The notes under the pieces: model-generated
The model's input: only the letters and a program-made list of their open reading frames with translations
What the model was told of the DNA's origin: nothing
The model's database searches: none
Position numbers and translations under genes: made by a program
Shown here: piece by piece, positions 39,303-48,393 of the stretch
How the letters are laid out: each line of letters begins with the position of its first letter
Position numbering within the stretch: position 1 is the first letter of the stretch
From: Bacteroidota bacterium
Lineage (GTDB): Bacteria > Bacteroidota > Bacteroidia > Chitinophagales > Saprospiraceae
Length of the DNA stretch: 64,000 nucleotides
Assembly: GCA_018222965.1 (NCBI GenBank)
Contig: JAAEZH010000002.1
Coordinates: 137,159-201,158 of the forward strand
Reading direction: 5' to 3'

Positions 39303-40439
39303 CTATTTCCGTTTCTTCATTTTATCGGCATTAAATCCGACAGAAATACCGAAACGGTGGCCTTCATTATCGGGAATGAAGAAGGCATTTACCGGTATAT
39401 TAAGTCTTCCGGACTTAAAAGTCTTACCGACGCCGATTACGAAACCGGTGCCAAAGGCTGCATCCCCTCGACTGTCAAGTCTGGATTCGATGGTGTATGG
39501 GTTGGGTTCTCCATCCGGAAATGCTTCCCACCATTCGTATTCCAGGTGCCAAACATTTTCTGCGTCATAATATCCGCGGGCCTCTCTGGTCATGTAGAAA
39601 ATAGGGCCAAAGGCAAATTCCCAACCTCCTTTATTGTCCCTGAGACCATTGAGGAGGGAAATACTGGGGATAAATCGTCCCTGATCCAATCCCGTGATAA
39701 TTGGCAGAAACTCAAAAAGAGCCTGAAATCTTCCTTCATTGAGGTATTTTATCTCAAACTGATAGCCAAATTGAAAGAGCACGGGGGGACCGTCAAATCC
39801 ACCTTCCTCTTTAGATTGGCGGTATATTTTGGCAGTTTCACCGCTGTAGAAGGTCAATCCTGAACGAGGTCCGTCGAGTTTCAAGCGATCGGTTTCCGGG
39901 AAATTTAAGGTGTTTTCAAAGTCAAACTTTTGGGTGAGCTTGTTGAGCACATCTTCATCAACTTCCAGGCCGAAAAGTTTGTGGAGCGTCAGCGAGATCA
40001 TCATCTGCACTTGTTGATTCAACTCGAGAAACTCAAGTACTTGTGAGCTTTCTACACTGCCTGTGGCTACATCAACAAGCCGAAGATCTACCAGGATAAC
40101 ATCGCCCAGCAATTCTACATTACCAGTAAGCATTTTATCCATGCCCAGTTGCTTTCCGACTTCAACCATACAAATCTTGCCGTAGCAATTCTCGATTTCC
40201 AGTTCCAGTTTGTCAATGAGGTAGGCTGCATCATACTTATCCATTACATCAAACAGCCCCAGCTTGTTAAGTTCCAGGCGGACCAGATTCCCCATTTGTA
40301 CGGGGTCCATGTTCAGGCCTCGAGTATCAATGTTTAATACAGCTACTGTAGGTCTTTCATTGTTGGCCAGGGCTTGCGTTTCCTGAGAAAGGCCGGTAAA
40401 CAGGCCAATCATTGCAAGCATTATCCAAAGATTTTTCAT
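39303..40439 (-). CDS. Hypothetical secreted two-domain protein. N-terminal CsgG/LpoB-like (TolB-N-like) domain plus C-terminal putative beta-barrel. Start moved to MKNLWIML.
   Basis: About 379 aa. Signal peptide. TVAVLNIDTRGL...LELNKLGLFDVMDKYD resembles the CsgG-family N-domain. Confidence 0.45.
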   Translation of the reverse strand: MKNLWIMLAMIGLFTGLSQETQALANNERPTVAVLNIDTRGLNMDPVQMGNLVRLELNKLGLFDVMDKYDAAYLIDKLELEIENCYGKICMVEVGKQLGMDKMLTGNVELLGDVILVDLRLVDVATGSVESSQVLEFLELNQQVQMMISLTLHKLFGLEVDEDVLNKLTQKFDFENTLNFPETDRLKLDGPRSGLTFYSGETAKIYRQSKEEGGFDGPPVLFQFGYQFEIKYLNEGRFQALFEFLPIITGLDQGRFIPSISLLNGLRDNKGGWEFAFGPIFYMTREARGYYDAENVWHLEYEWWEAFPDGEPNPYTIESRLDSRGDAAFGTGFVIGVGKTFKSGRLNIPVNAFFIPDNEGHRFGISVGFNADKMKKRK

Positions 40440-40760
40440 GATTAGGGTATTGTGCTTTACAAATACTCCCTTGCCAATTGCCCATGCGGGCAAGCCGAAA
40501 GGCGGGAGATCGCCTTTACATTCAGCATCCTCTAAAGTAAAGGACCTTTCTGGTGGGTTTTTATGATAATTGTCCTGTAACAAATAGATTTTTATCACAT
40601 ATCAATAATTGTGTCAACAGGGTATTATTCAAATACAGATGGATAGTAATACTATTATTTACAATAGTAGGTTTATCGAATTTTTTTATCCGTTGGTGGA
40701 AAAAACTGGAGGGGGAGTCATAAGATGTTCAATTTATGATCAACATAAGCACAAAAACCT

Positions 40761-41306
40761 ATGACAAGTATCCTTGAAATATTGAGTGTGACGGCCTGGG
40801 TGAGCGGTGGGTTTTTAACCATCCTGTTGTTGCTTTCGCTGATTGGCGGGCTGGAACTGGACTTTGACCTGGGCGGAGACTCTGATGTAGATTCGGATGC
40901 AGGCCTCGGAGTGATCAAGGGAATTCTTGTATTCCTAACCTTCGGAGCGCTGGTTGCGAAAATCCTGATCGAAAGTGAATTTAGTTTTTTTTGGGCCGGC
41001 ATTGGTGGTATGGCCGGAGGTACAGTTGCTGGCCTGTTTTTATCCTGGGTAATGAAGTTTTTGCTTCAGAATCAGGAAGAAGTAAACTGGCATCCGGAAG
41101 AAGCTATCGGATTGCAGGGCAAGGTATATTCCAGAATTCACGCAGGTGGAAGTGGGATAGTCAGAGTGGTCATTCGCGGAAGCGCAAGAGAATTAAAAGC
41201 CTGTTCAGAAGAGGCTATTCCCACGGGTGCCCAAATAGAAGTTGTTGACTTGAAGGATGGCTTGCTGCAGGTAGAGATGCTGAAAAAAAACGAGGACTCT
41301 GTATAA
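40761..41306 (+). CDS. NfeD-family membrane protein (OB-fold C-domain), partner of the downstream flotillin
   Basis: 181 aa. N-terminal TM helices. C-terminal GKVYSRIHAGGSGIVRV...IPTGAQIEVVDLKDGLLQVE is typical of the NfeD beta-barrel domain. Confidence 0.7.
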   Translation: MTSILEILSVTAWVSGGFLTILLLLSLIGGLELDFDLGGDSDVDSDAGLGVIKGILVFLTFGALVAKILIESEFSFFWAGIGGMAGGTVAGLFLSWVMKFLLQNQEEVNWHPEEAIGLQGKVYSRIHAGGSGIVRVVIRGSARELKACSEEAIPTGAQIEVVDLKDGLLQVEMLKKNEDSV

Positions 41307-41358
41307 CCCCTAATATCAGCGAAATGCTGACATCTTTAAACTCTCTAAAATCAACCTT

Positions 41359-42942
41359 ATGAATGTATTGTTGGCGATTAACCCGACCCTGATGGTCACC
41401 CTTGGAGCCATTGGCTTCTTCACCTTCTTGCTGATCCTGTTTTTTATCAGCCGTTATAAGCGTTGTCCGTCGGATAAAATCCTGGTGGTTTACGGCCGCA
41501 CAGGAACCGATCAAAGCGCCAAGTGTTATGCGGGCGGTGCAGCCTTCATCTGGCCGGTTATCCAGGACTATGAGTACCTGGACCTGAAACCCATTCCAAT
41601 TGATGTGAACTTGCAGGATGCCCTTTCTAAGCAGAATATTCGTGTATCGGTACCGGCGCAGTTTACCGTTGGAATTTCCAACAAACCGGAATTGATGATT
41701 GCCGCAGCAGAGCGTCTGCTCGGATTACAGCGCAATGATATCAGTTCGCTTGCTCATGATATCATTATGGGACAAATGCGCCTCGTAATTGCCAATATGG
41801 ATATCGAGGAACTGAATGTTGATCGCGATAAATTCGTGGAGTCAGTATACGGACACGTAGGAGAGGAGCTTCACAAGATCGGGCTGGAACTGATCAACGT
41901 AAACGTAACGGATATCCACGACGAGTCCAGCTACATCAAAGCCCTCGGACAGGAAGCTGCAGCCAAAGCCATCAATGACGCTAAGGTGAAAGTAGCGATG
42001 GAAGAGCGCAGTGGTAGCATTGGTCAGGCGGAGGCTAAGCAGGAACAACGGACCAAAGTAGCGCAGGCTAACAGCCGGGCCGAAATTGGAGAAGCAGAAG
42101 CAAGTGCAGCTGCCATTGAAGGAAAAAACCTGTCTGAGATCACAGTGGCAGAATCCAATGCCAAGCGCGATGTACAGATGACGGAAGCTGATGCACAGGC
42201 AGAAATCGGGAAAGCAGAAGCAAATGCTGCAGCGACAACCGGAAAAAACCTGTCTCAGATCAAAGTAGCCGAATCGGATGCCGAGCGCGATATCAGGATT
42301 GCTGAATCTCGTCGCCGCTCCATTGCCGCTCAGAAAGTTGCTCAGGCGAAAGCCATGCAGGAGGCGTATATGGCAGAAAAAGAAACAGAACTTGCCCGCG
42401 CCGAAGTGGAATCTGCCAAGCGCAAAGCCGACGAGGTGGTAAAAGCAAGCATAGAAAAAGAGAAAGCAGTGATTGCTGCACAGGCAGAGGCAGAACGAAA
42501 TCGGGAAATTGCTAAGGGAGATGCTGATGCGATTCTTTCCAAACTGGAGGCACAGGCGAAAGGAACGGAAGAATTGCTCCGCAGCCAGGCCGAAGGATTC
42601 AAGAAACTGGTTGATGCAGCGGGAGGAGACGCGCAAAGTGCGATCGGATTACTCCTGGTAGATAAGCTCACAGAACTGGCTGAAATTCAGGTGAGTGCGA
42701 TCAAGAACCTCGACATCGACAAAGTAGTGGTATATGACAATGGTTCCGGACAGGGAGTTGGCAATCTGGTACAGGGATTGTACGCTGCGGTGCCTCAACT
42801 CAATGACTTTCTAAACCAGGCCGGATTGAGTCTGCCAAATATGCTGGTGAAAAACCCGGATGGTCTGGAGAAAGGGAAAGCCCGAAATTCGGCGAAAGCC
42901 ATAAACGGAACCCCTGAAACTTCGGAAGAAGAGAACCAGTAA
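41359..42942 (+). CDS. Flotillin / SPFH (band-7) domain protein
   Basis: 527 aa. N-terminal TM. SPFH domain. Long Ala/Glu-rich coiled-coil repeats (AEAKQEQRTKVAQANSRAEIGEAEA...). Classic NfeD-flotillin operon. Confidence 0.9.
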   Translation: MNVLLAINPTLMVTLGAIGFFTFLLILFFISRYKRCPSDKILVVYGRTGTDQSAKCYAGGAAFIWPVIQDYEYLDLKPIPIDVNLQDALSKQNIRVSVPAQFTVGISNKPELMIAAAERLLGLQRNDISSLAHDIIMGQMRLVIANMDIEELNVDRDKFVESVYGHVGEELHKIGLELINVNVTDIHDESSYIKALGQEAAAKAINDAKVKVAMEERSGSIGQAEAKQEQRTKVAQANSRAEIGEAEASAAAIEGKNLSEITVAESNAKRDVQMTEADAQAEIGKAEANAAATTGKNLSQIKVAESDAERDIRIAESRRRSIAAQKVAQAKAMQEAYMAEKETELARAEVESAKRKADEVVKASIEKEKAVIAAQAEAERNREIAKGDADAILSKLEAQAKGTEELLRSQAEGFKKLVDAAGGDAQSAIGLLLVDKLTELAEIQVSAIKNLDIDKVVVYDNGSGQGVGNLVQGLYAAVPQLNDFLNQAGLSLPNMLVKNPDGLEKGKARNSAKAINGTPETSEEENQ

Positions 42943-42963
42943 ACCCTGAAACCCCACAGGAGT

Positions 42964-42997
42964 GCCGGCAGTGCGAGAGTGCTGACCGGCATTTTTT
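42964..42997 (+). terminator. Terminator for the NfeD-flotillin operon (imperfect GCCGG...CCGGC stem followed by ATTTTTT); the T-run overlaps the stop codon of the convergent SLC13 gene
   Basis: Inverted repeat 42964-42990 then T-run 42992-42997. Confidence 0.5.
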
Positions 42998-44777
42998 AAA
43001 AGTACCAGTATGGAATAATCAAAGTGGCAAGTAACCAAACCAGCAAGGTGAGAAATCCGCCTACTTTTACAAAATCGAAGAAGCTGTAATTTCCCGGACC
43101 ATAAATCAGGGTATTGGTTTGATAGCCTATTGGAGACATAAAGCTCGCATTGGCTGCAAACATTACCGTAAATAGCAAGGGCCGTGGATCCAGCTGGAGA
43201 TTACCGGCTATAGAAATGGCAATAGGAGCCAATAATACGGCTGTCGCATTGTTGGATATAACCGCACTCAATATAGCCGTAAAAATAAATAGTACGCTGA
43301 TGAGACTACGGGGTGAAACAGCACCAAATAAGGCTACAAAAGTATCGGCTATCAATTGACTGGCCCCGGTGTTGTTCATGGCAATACCCAGGGGAATCAC
43401 ACCTGCCAGCAGGAAGTAAACACTCCAGTCGACCCGCTGATAAGCTTGCTGCATTTTGAGGCAGCCCGTCAAGAACATAATCGCACAGCCAGCAAGCGCA
43501 CTTACGAGAATAGGTAATAGTTGAAAAGAAGCTACCAGGATTACCGCTATCATTATGCCTGCTGCCAGCCAGCGCTTGTCGGTTCGGGGAGCCAGGTTTT
43601 CATGCTCTTGCAACACGACAAACCCGGGTAGGTTATAGAAACGTCGAAAATTGGATTTCCCAACTTCCATGAGCAGCGTGTCTCCCGATTCAACTCTAAC
43701 CTTATTGAAGTTTCTGGAGTAGGTTTTTCGGTTTTTCCGTAAGGCCAGCGGAATGGCATTGTAATCTCTTCTTACAGGAATCTTTTTCAGGGATTTACCG
43801 AGGAGGCGTGAATTTGGCTGCACAACCACTTCACAAAGAATCATATCCTCTGTATTTAGACGATCGTCGTCTTCAATTTTTTTTCGGGGAAGCAGCTTTA
43901 CCTCATTATCCAGCCTGAGCTCAGCAATGGTTTCCAATCCGGCTTTGATCAGCAATACATCGCCTTCCCGAAGGATTTCAGTTTCGGTCGGAAAGTGGGG
44001 CTTTTCTTCCCGGGTTTTCAATTCAATCAGATCAATCTCATCGTCGGTAAAAAAGCTGGTTTCTCCAATTTTCTTTCCCGCAAGGGTTGACCCGGGCTGT
44101 ATGGATATCTCAGTTAGATAGTCCTGTATCTCATATTCGTTGATGAGAGAGTCTTCTTTCTTTTTTCGAGCCGGAATGATATGCCTTCCGGCGAATAACA
44201 TAAAGAGGATACCTCCAATCCAAAAGATCACACCAATTTTAGAAAATTCGAATATCCCGAAAGCTTCTATCCCGTTTTCCCGTGCGATGGAGCTCACCAG
44301 AAGGTTTGTAGAGGTGCCAAACAGGGTGCACGATCCTCCCAAAATAGCGGCGAAGGAGAGGGGCATCAAAAGCTTGGAAAGGTTGGTTTGTATCTCTTTG
44401 GATAAGTTAATGATGATCCGGAGGAAAACGATTACAACCGCGGTTGTACTGATGAAGGCAGAAAAACCGCCCACAATAATCATGAGTGTGAGTATAATGA
44501 CCCATTCCTGCTGGTCGAAGAGTTTTCTAAGCCGACGACCAAGGCTGGTGATGACCCCGGTCGTTTCTAGTCCGACACTCAATATCATCAGTGCCAAAAC
44601 CGTCACCGTTGCCTGATTGGACATTCCCGACAATCCCTCCTGAGGACTGACAAATCCTCCTACCATGAGTAAAACCATGAGCACCAAAGAGGCTGTGTCT
44701 GGCGGGATCAATTCCAAAGCCAGAACAACAATCAGTCCCAGAATCAGAGCAAAAAGTATGGCAATTTCCAGTGTCAT
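42996..44777 (-). CDS. SLC13/DASS (CitT/ArsB-superfamily) anion permease with two central cytoplasmic TrkA-C (RCK_C) domains
   Basis: 593 aa. TM-rich N and C halves separated by a duplicated approximately 70-aa soluble module (about 220-385), consistent with two RCK_C/TrkA_C-like domains. Confidence 0.75.
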   Translation of the reverse strand: MTLEIAILFALILGLIVVLALELIPPDTASLVLMVLLMVGGFVSPQEGLSGMSNQATVTVLALMILSVGLETTGVITSLGRRLRKLFDQQEWVIILTLMIIVGGFSAFISTTAVVIVFLRIIINLSKEIQTNLSKLLMPLSFAAILGGSCTLFGTSTNLLVSSIARENGIEAFGIFEFSKIGVIFWIGGILFMLFAGRHIIPARKKKEDSLINEYEIQDYLTEISIQPGSTLAGKKIGETSFFTDDEIDLIELKTREEKPHFPTETEILREGDVLLIKAGLETIAELRLDNEVKLLPRKKIEDDDRLNTEDMILCEVVVQPNSRLLGKSLKKIPVRRDYNAIPLALRKNRKTYSRNFNKVRVESGDTLLMEVGKSNFRRFYNLPGFVVLQEHENLAPRTDKRWLAAGIMIAVILVASFQLLPILVSALAGCAIMFLTGCLKMQQAYQRVDWSVYFLLAGVIPLGIAMNNTGASQLIADTFVALFGAVSPRSLISVLFIFTAILSAVISNNATAVLLAPIAISIAGNLQLDPRPLLFTVMFAANASFMSPIGYQTNTLIYGPGNYSFFDFVKVGGFLTLLVWLLATLIIPYWYF

Positions 44778-44868
44778 AGCAAGGATTGGGCTTCCTAAAT
44801 TAGAAATTTGCCAGACAATTATTTGTTCGATTTCTCCCCAAAAAGATGGTGTAATTTGTAGGGCCTTC

Positions 44869-44876
44869 TATCTTTG
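44869..44876 (+). promoter_or_regulatory. Candidate -7 promoter box TATCTTTG, 25 nt upstream of the first gene of the tandem lipoprotein array
   Basis: Matches the Bacteroidetes TAnnTTTG consensus. No clear -33 TTG. Confidence 0.3.
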
Positions 44877-44900
44877 ATGAAATTTTTCTCAAACAACTAA

Positions 44901-45455
44901 ATGAAACAAATGAAAAACCGCAACTCAATTCTGTTGGGCTGCCTGGTGGCAGGCCTGTTCCTTTTCGCTTCCTGTGGCAAGGACAAATTCAAACAAGATC
45001 CGGAAAAACTGCCAAATGGCACCATAATCTGTAAGGCAGACGGGGATGTTTACGAGACGGCAATTGGAACTGCAATACTAACCGGCAATGGTGGGTTTTC
45101 ACTGAATATTACCGGACTGGCGTCTATTACAGATCCACGATTATTAAATATTATTGCCACCATTCCGGACGGTCAGATGTTGGATGCTATTTCTTACACC
45201 AGTGCTGATGGGCAGGATTGCATCCCGAATCCGGATATTTGCTTTTTAGTGTCTTATGCGGATACCAATATATCAGAATACGGATTCGATAACGGAGGAA
45301 CCAATGGAACTGCAACCATCACTTTCACCACCATGGAGTTTGAAGCGGGTGGGCAGTTGGCAGGGACCTTCTCCGGATACCTCGTCGATGATTTTGGAAA
45401 TACCGGAGCGGTGGAAATCACAGAAGGTAAATTCAATTTGACCTTTGCTAATTAA
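44901..45455 (+). CDS. Small lipoprotein, member 1 of a tandem four-gene paralogous family (unknown function)
   Basis: 184 aa. Lipobox LFASCGKD. Shared motifs: G(T)I.CK.DG, DPDICF, G.FSG.L....G...VEIT.GKFNL. Confidence 0.7.
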   Translation: MKQMKNRNSILLGCLVAGLFLFASCGKDKFKQDPEKLPNGTIICKADGDVYETAIGTAILTGNGGFSLNITGLASITDPRLLNIIATIPDGQMLDAISYTSADGQDCIPNPDICFLVSYADTNISEYGFDNGGTNGTATITFTTMEFEAGGQLAGTFSGYLVDDFGNTGAVEITEGKFNLTFAN

Positions 45456-45506
45456 CTAATACCCCGATCTGGTATATTCCAGGTTCGAGGTTTTAAATCT
45501 AATATC

Positions 45507-46052
45507 ATGAACCTAAAACCAACATACCTTCTCCTAATTTTCTTAATTATTGCATTTTCCCTTCCATCTTGTACTAACGATCCGGGAGGAACAAAGCTCG
45601 GTACCATTCAATGCAAAGTGGACGGCAAGAAGTTTAAAACAAAGGTGGGATCAGCCACTATCGGAGATATATCTTCCGGGTCTGGATTTTTTTCTATACA
45701 GGGATTCGAAGATTTGATCCCAATTGGATCTGATTATGTACAAATTTTTTCCGGAATAGAGGATGATCAATATAGTCTTGAAGAAATCATGTATGGTACT
45801 ACAAATACCATCGATTCAATGTATTGTGATCCATATCCGGATATCTGCTTTGGTATGGTTTTCAGAGATGGTGATTCACAGGAAGAATTTAGCTCAGGGG
45901 AAGTTGGAGGAGCATTTGAAATCACCTTTGAAAAAATGATTTTTGAGCAGGGTGAAAACATTAACGGGACCTTTTCCGGAAGATTAATAAGTTCTGATTC
46001 CGGGGAAGAAATAGAAGTGACAGATGGGGTCTTTAACCTTGAAATATTGTAA
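45507..46052 (+). CDS. Small lipoprotein, paralogous family member 2
   Basis: 181 aa. Lipobox LPSCTND. GTIQCKVDGKKFKT, DPYPDICF, INGTFSGRLIS...EIEVTDGVFNLEI. Confidence 0.7.
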   Translation: MNLKPTYLLLIFLIIAFSLPSCTNDPGGTKLGTIQCKVDGKKFKTKVGSATIGDISSGSGFFSIQGFEDLIPIGSDYVQIFSGIEDDQYSLEEIMYGTTNTIDSMYCDPYPDICFGMVFRDGDSQEEFSSGEVGGAFEITFEKMIFEQGENINGTFSGRLISSDSGEEIEVTDGVFNLEIL

Positions 46053-46108
46053 AGGACCAGGTAAGACTTAATTGCATTTTATAAAAAATTGGCCTAAAAA
46101 ACGCTTCA

Positions 46109-46672
46109 ATGAGATACCTGAAATCTAAGCTTATTTTTACTGTTATACTGGCTGTGGTATTGCTAAGTTCTTGTGTCCGTGACCCTTTTCAATCGGAACC
46201 CGAAAAGATTCGTTTGGGAACCATTGCCTGTAAAGCCAAGGGAAAAGAATTTAAAACTGAATTAGGAACAGCCGTTTACGGAAACTTTCAGGGAAATGGA
46301 ATTAATAACATCTTCTTGATTTCCGGGTTCGAATCTCTGGGGATAACAACCAGTGGATTGATTCAAATTACAGCATATATAGACCCTTCAATTGGGATCG
46401 AAGAAATTACGTATACAACTGGGGGAAATCGAACAAATTGTGTTCCTGATTTACAGCTATGCTGGGGTATTATTTATGGAGATGTAGCGGAGGAGGTGAC
46501 AGGACATTCGGATGATACCGGAGGTGCATTTACAATATCATTTTCTCGGGTAGACTTCCGTGAAGGCGGGGTAATATCAGGTAGGTTTTCTGGCACTGTG
46601 ATTAGTGAGGAAACTGGTGAAATTTTTGAAATTTCTGAAGGCATTTTTAATCTGGAAATTACTGGAGGATAG
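46109..46672 (+). CDS. Small lipoprotein, paralogous family member 3
   Basis: 187 aa. Lipobox LLSSCVRD. GTIACKAKGKEFKT, DLQLCWG, ISGRFSGTVIS...IFEISEGIFNLEI. Confidence 0.7.
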   Translation: MRYLKSKLIFTVILAVVLLSSCVRDPFQSEPEKIRLGTIACKAKGKEFKTELGTAVYGNFQGNGINNIFLISGFESLGITTSGLIQITAYIDPSIGIEEITYTTGGNRTNCVPDLQLCWGIIYGDVAEEVTGHSDDTGGAFTISFSRVDFREGGVISGRFSGTVISEETGEIFEISEGIFNLEITGG

Positions 46673-46710
46673 AAAATCATTATAGGTGCCTTCCTAAAAA
46701 AACATCAACT

Positions 46711-47262
46711 ATGTTAGAGAGTATTTATCGTTTCTCATTCCTTAGTCTGGCCGTTTCTGTGATTCTGCTATCAAGCAGTTGCAGTCCGTTTGGTGCAGAT
46801 CCGGACAAAGTCAAACCGGGCACCTTTGTTTGTAAGGTCGATGGGGAAAAGTTTAAGGCCAGTCTGACGACCGCTTCGGTAACGGAACTTAGCAGTACCA
46901 CTTCGTTGAATACTTACGGGTACAAATCGGTCATTGCCCTGGGGTCGGACTTTGTCACTTTTGGTATTGATTATCCTACCTCCAGTGGTTTGGATGCCAT
47001 CACCTATACCTACAACAGCGGGGCTACCGATGCCTGTATGCCCGACCCGGAGATCTGTGCGCAACTGACCTTTTACCAGTGGGAGGAAAACAAAACCTTT
47101 GAAGCTGGTTTTGGTGTTGGTTCGATGGAGGTCACTTTTGGTACGATTGAAATTCAAAGCGGTGGATTGATTACTGCTTCTTTTTCAGGCACGCTCGTTG
47201 AGGCGGGAAGCGGCAAAGAAGTGCCGGTAACAGAAGGTGTATTTAGTGTCGAAATTGAATAA
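46711..47262 (+). CDS. Small lipoprotein, paralogous family member 4
   Basis: 183 aa. Lipobox LLSSSCSP. GTFVCKVDGEKFKA, DPEICAQ, ITASFSGTLVE...EVPVTEGVFSVEI. Confidence 0.7.
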   Translation: MLESIYRFSFLSLAVSVILLSSSCSPFGADPDKVKPGTFVCKVDGEKFKASLTTASVTELSSTTSLNTYGYKSVIALGSDFVTFGIDYPTSSGLDAITYTYNSGATDACMPDPEICAQLTFYQWEENKTFEAGFGVGSMEVTFGTIEIQSGGLITASFSGTLVEAGSGKEVPVTEGVFSVEIE

Positions 47263-47269
47263 CAGGTTC

Positions 47270-47656
47270 ATGAAAGAACATGAGGCCCGAATTAAAGCTT
47301 CAGAGACGAGCATTTTTAAAGCGGTATTTCCCAATACCACCAATCACTACGATACCTTGTTTGGGGGCATGGCTATGAGCCTGATGGATGAGGTAGCTTT
47401 TATTACGGCGACTCGGTTCAGCCGGAAGAAGGTTGTGACGGTTAGTTCTAGTAAGATCGATTTTAAGAAGCCCATCCCGCATGGCACCATCATTGAAGTT
47501 GTTGGAAAGATAACCGAGATTGGCACCACAAGCATGCAGGTAGATGTACACATTTATATGGAGGAAATGTACCGGGATCATCGGGAGCATGTAATTCGCG
47601 GCCTCTTTACTTTCGTAGCTGTTGGAGATGATAAAAAGCCGGTTCCCATCTTGTAA
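47270..47656 (+). CDS. Hotdog-fold acyl-CoA thioesterase (YciA-like). Start moved to MKEHEARI to avoid overlap with the upstream gene.
   Basis: About 128 aa. HYDTLFGGMAMSLMDEVAFITATRFS...VTVS matches the YciA/thioesterase hotdog consensus. Confidence 0.75.
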   Translation: MKEHEARIKASETSIFKAVFPNTTNHYDTLFGGMAMSLMDEVAFITATRFSRKKVVTVSSSKIDFKKPIPHGTIIEVVGKITEIGTTSMQVDVHIYMEEMYRDHREHVIRGLFTFVAVGDDKKPVPIL

Positions 47657-47710
47657 TTCCGGGATATTTCTTAATTTGATCCATCCTTTCTTATTGCTCT
47701 GCAGAAACTT

Positions 47711-47727
47711 CGGTTGACCGTCAACCG
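47711..47727. promoter_or_regulatory. Perfect 17-nt palindrome CGGTTGACCGTCAACCG at the 5' boundary of the next gene. Candidate operator for a dimeric DNA-binding protein.
   Basis: Exact inverted repeat (8+1+8). Not followed by a T-run, so it is not a terminator. Confidence 0.35.
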
Positions 47728-48310
47728 ATATAATGTCAATTCTATGAGCCAAACCAAAGAAACCGCGCATCATTTTCACGTTCGTCCGAGATTTCAGGTA
47801 GAATCCGATCAGTCTGTGGATGATATTGCCGCTAATATTAAGTCCGCTTTACAACGCGAAGGAGCTACCTGCAAAGGAAGAATCAAGCACGGCTTTGCTA
47901 CTTTGTGGATTCCTCATGAAGAGCAGCACTACTGGTCTCCGCAGTTGACTCTTACGCTCGAAAAAACAGAAGAAGGGACCAGTTTATTGCGGGGAGTTTA
48001 TGGTCCGCGCCCCTCCGTTTGGACCATGTTCATCTTTTTTTATTCTGTGATCGGTTTTGCGATGATGGTGATCTCCATCGTGGGGTTTAGTAATGTATCA
48101 CTCGACAAGTCTGGTAAGATTCTTTGGTTATTACCGGTTTTGTTTGTGATTTTTCTGTCCCTGTATCTGGTAGCATATTTTGGGCAGAAGCTCGGCCAAA
48201 AGCAGATGGTTGTTCTGCATCTCTTTGTAGAAAAGAGTACCGGATTTGTTATTGATCCCAGACAGGATTTGATGGTAGATCCGGAGGAAGTTTTAAAGAA
48301 GAAGCCGTAA
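47714..48310 (+). CDS. Hypothetical membrane protein (3 C-terminal TM helices). True start may be MSQTKE at about 47744.
   Basis: 198 aa. No recognisable domain. Confidence 0.45.
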   Translation: MTVNRYNVNSMSQTKETAHHFHVRPRFQVESDQSVDDIAANIKSALQREGATCKGRIKHGFATLWIPHEEQHYWSPQLTLTLEKTEEGTSLLRGVYGPRPSVWTMFIFFYSVIGFAMMVISIVGFSNVSLDKSGKILWLLPVLFVIFLSLYLVAYFGQKLGQKQMVVLHLFVEKSTGFVIDPRQDLMVDPEEVLKKKP

Positions 48311-48393
48311 AAGATTGATTCATCATCAGAATGAACGAATCTCTTACGGCTTTCCTTCCATTCAGTTAGACCGTTTCAGGAAATGCCAGAAAA

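Noticed and set aside
41842-42671. 264-aa and 109-aa minus-strand ORFs
   Set aside because: Antisense to the Ala/Glu-rich coiled-coil repeats of flotillin. Cys/Phe/Ser-rich nonsense translation.
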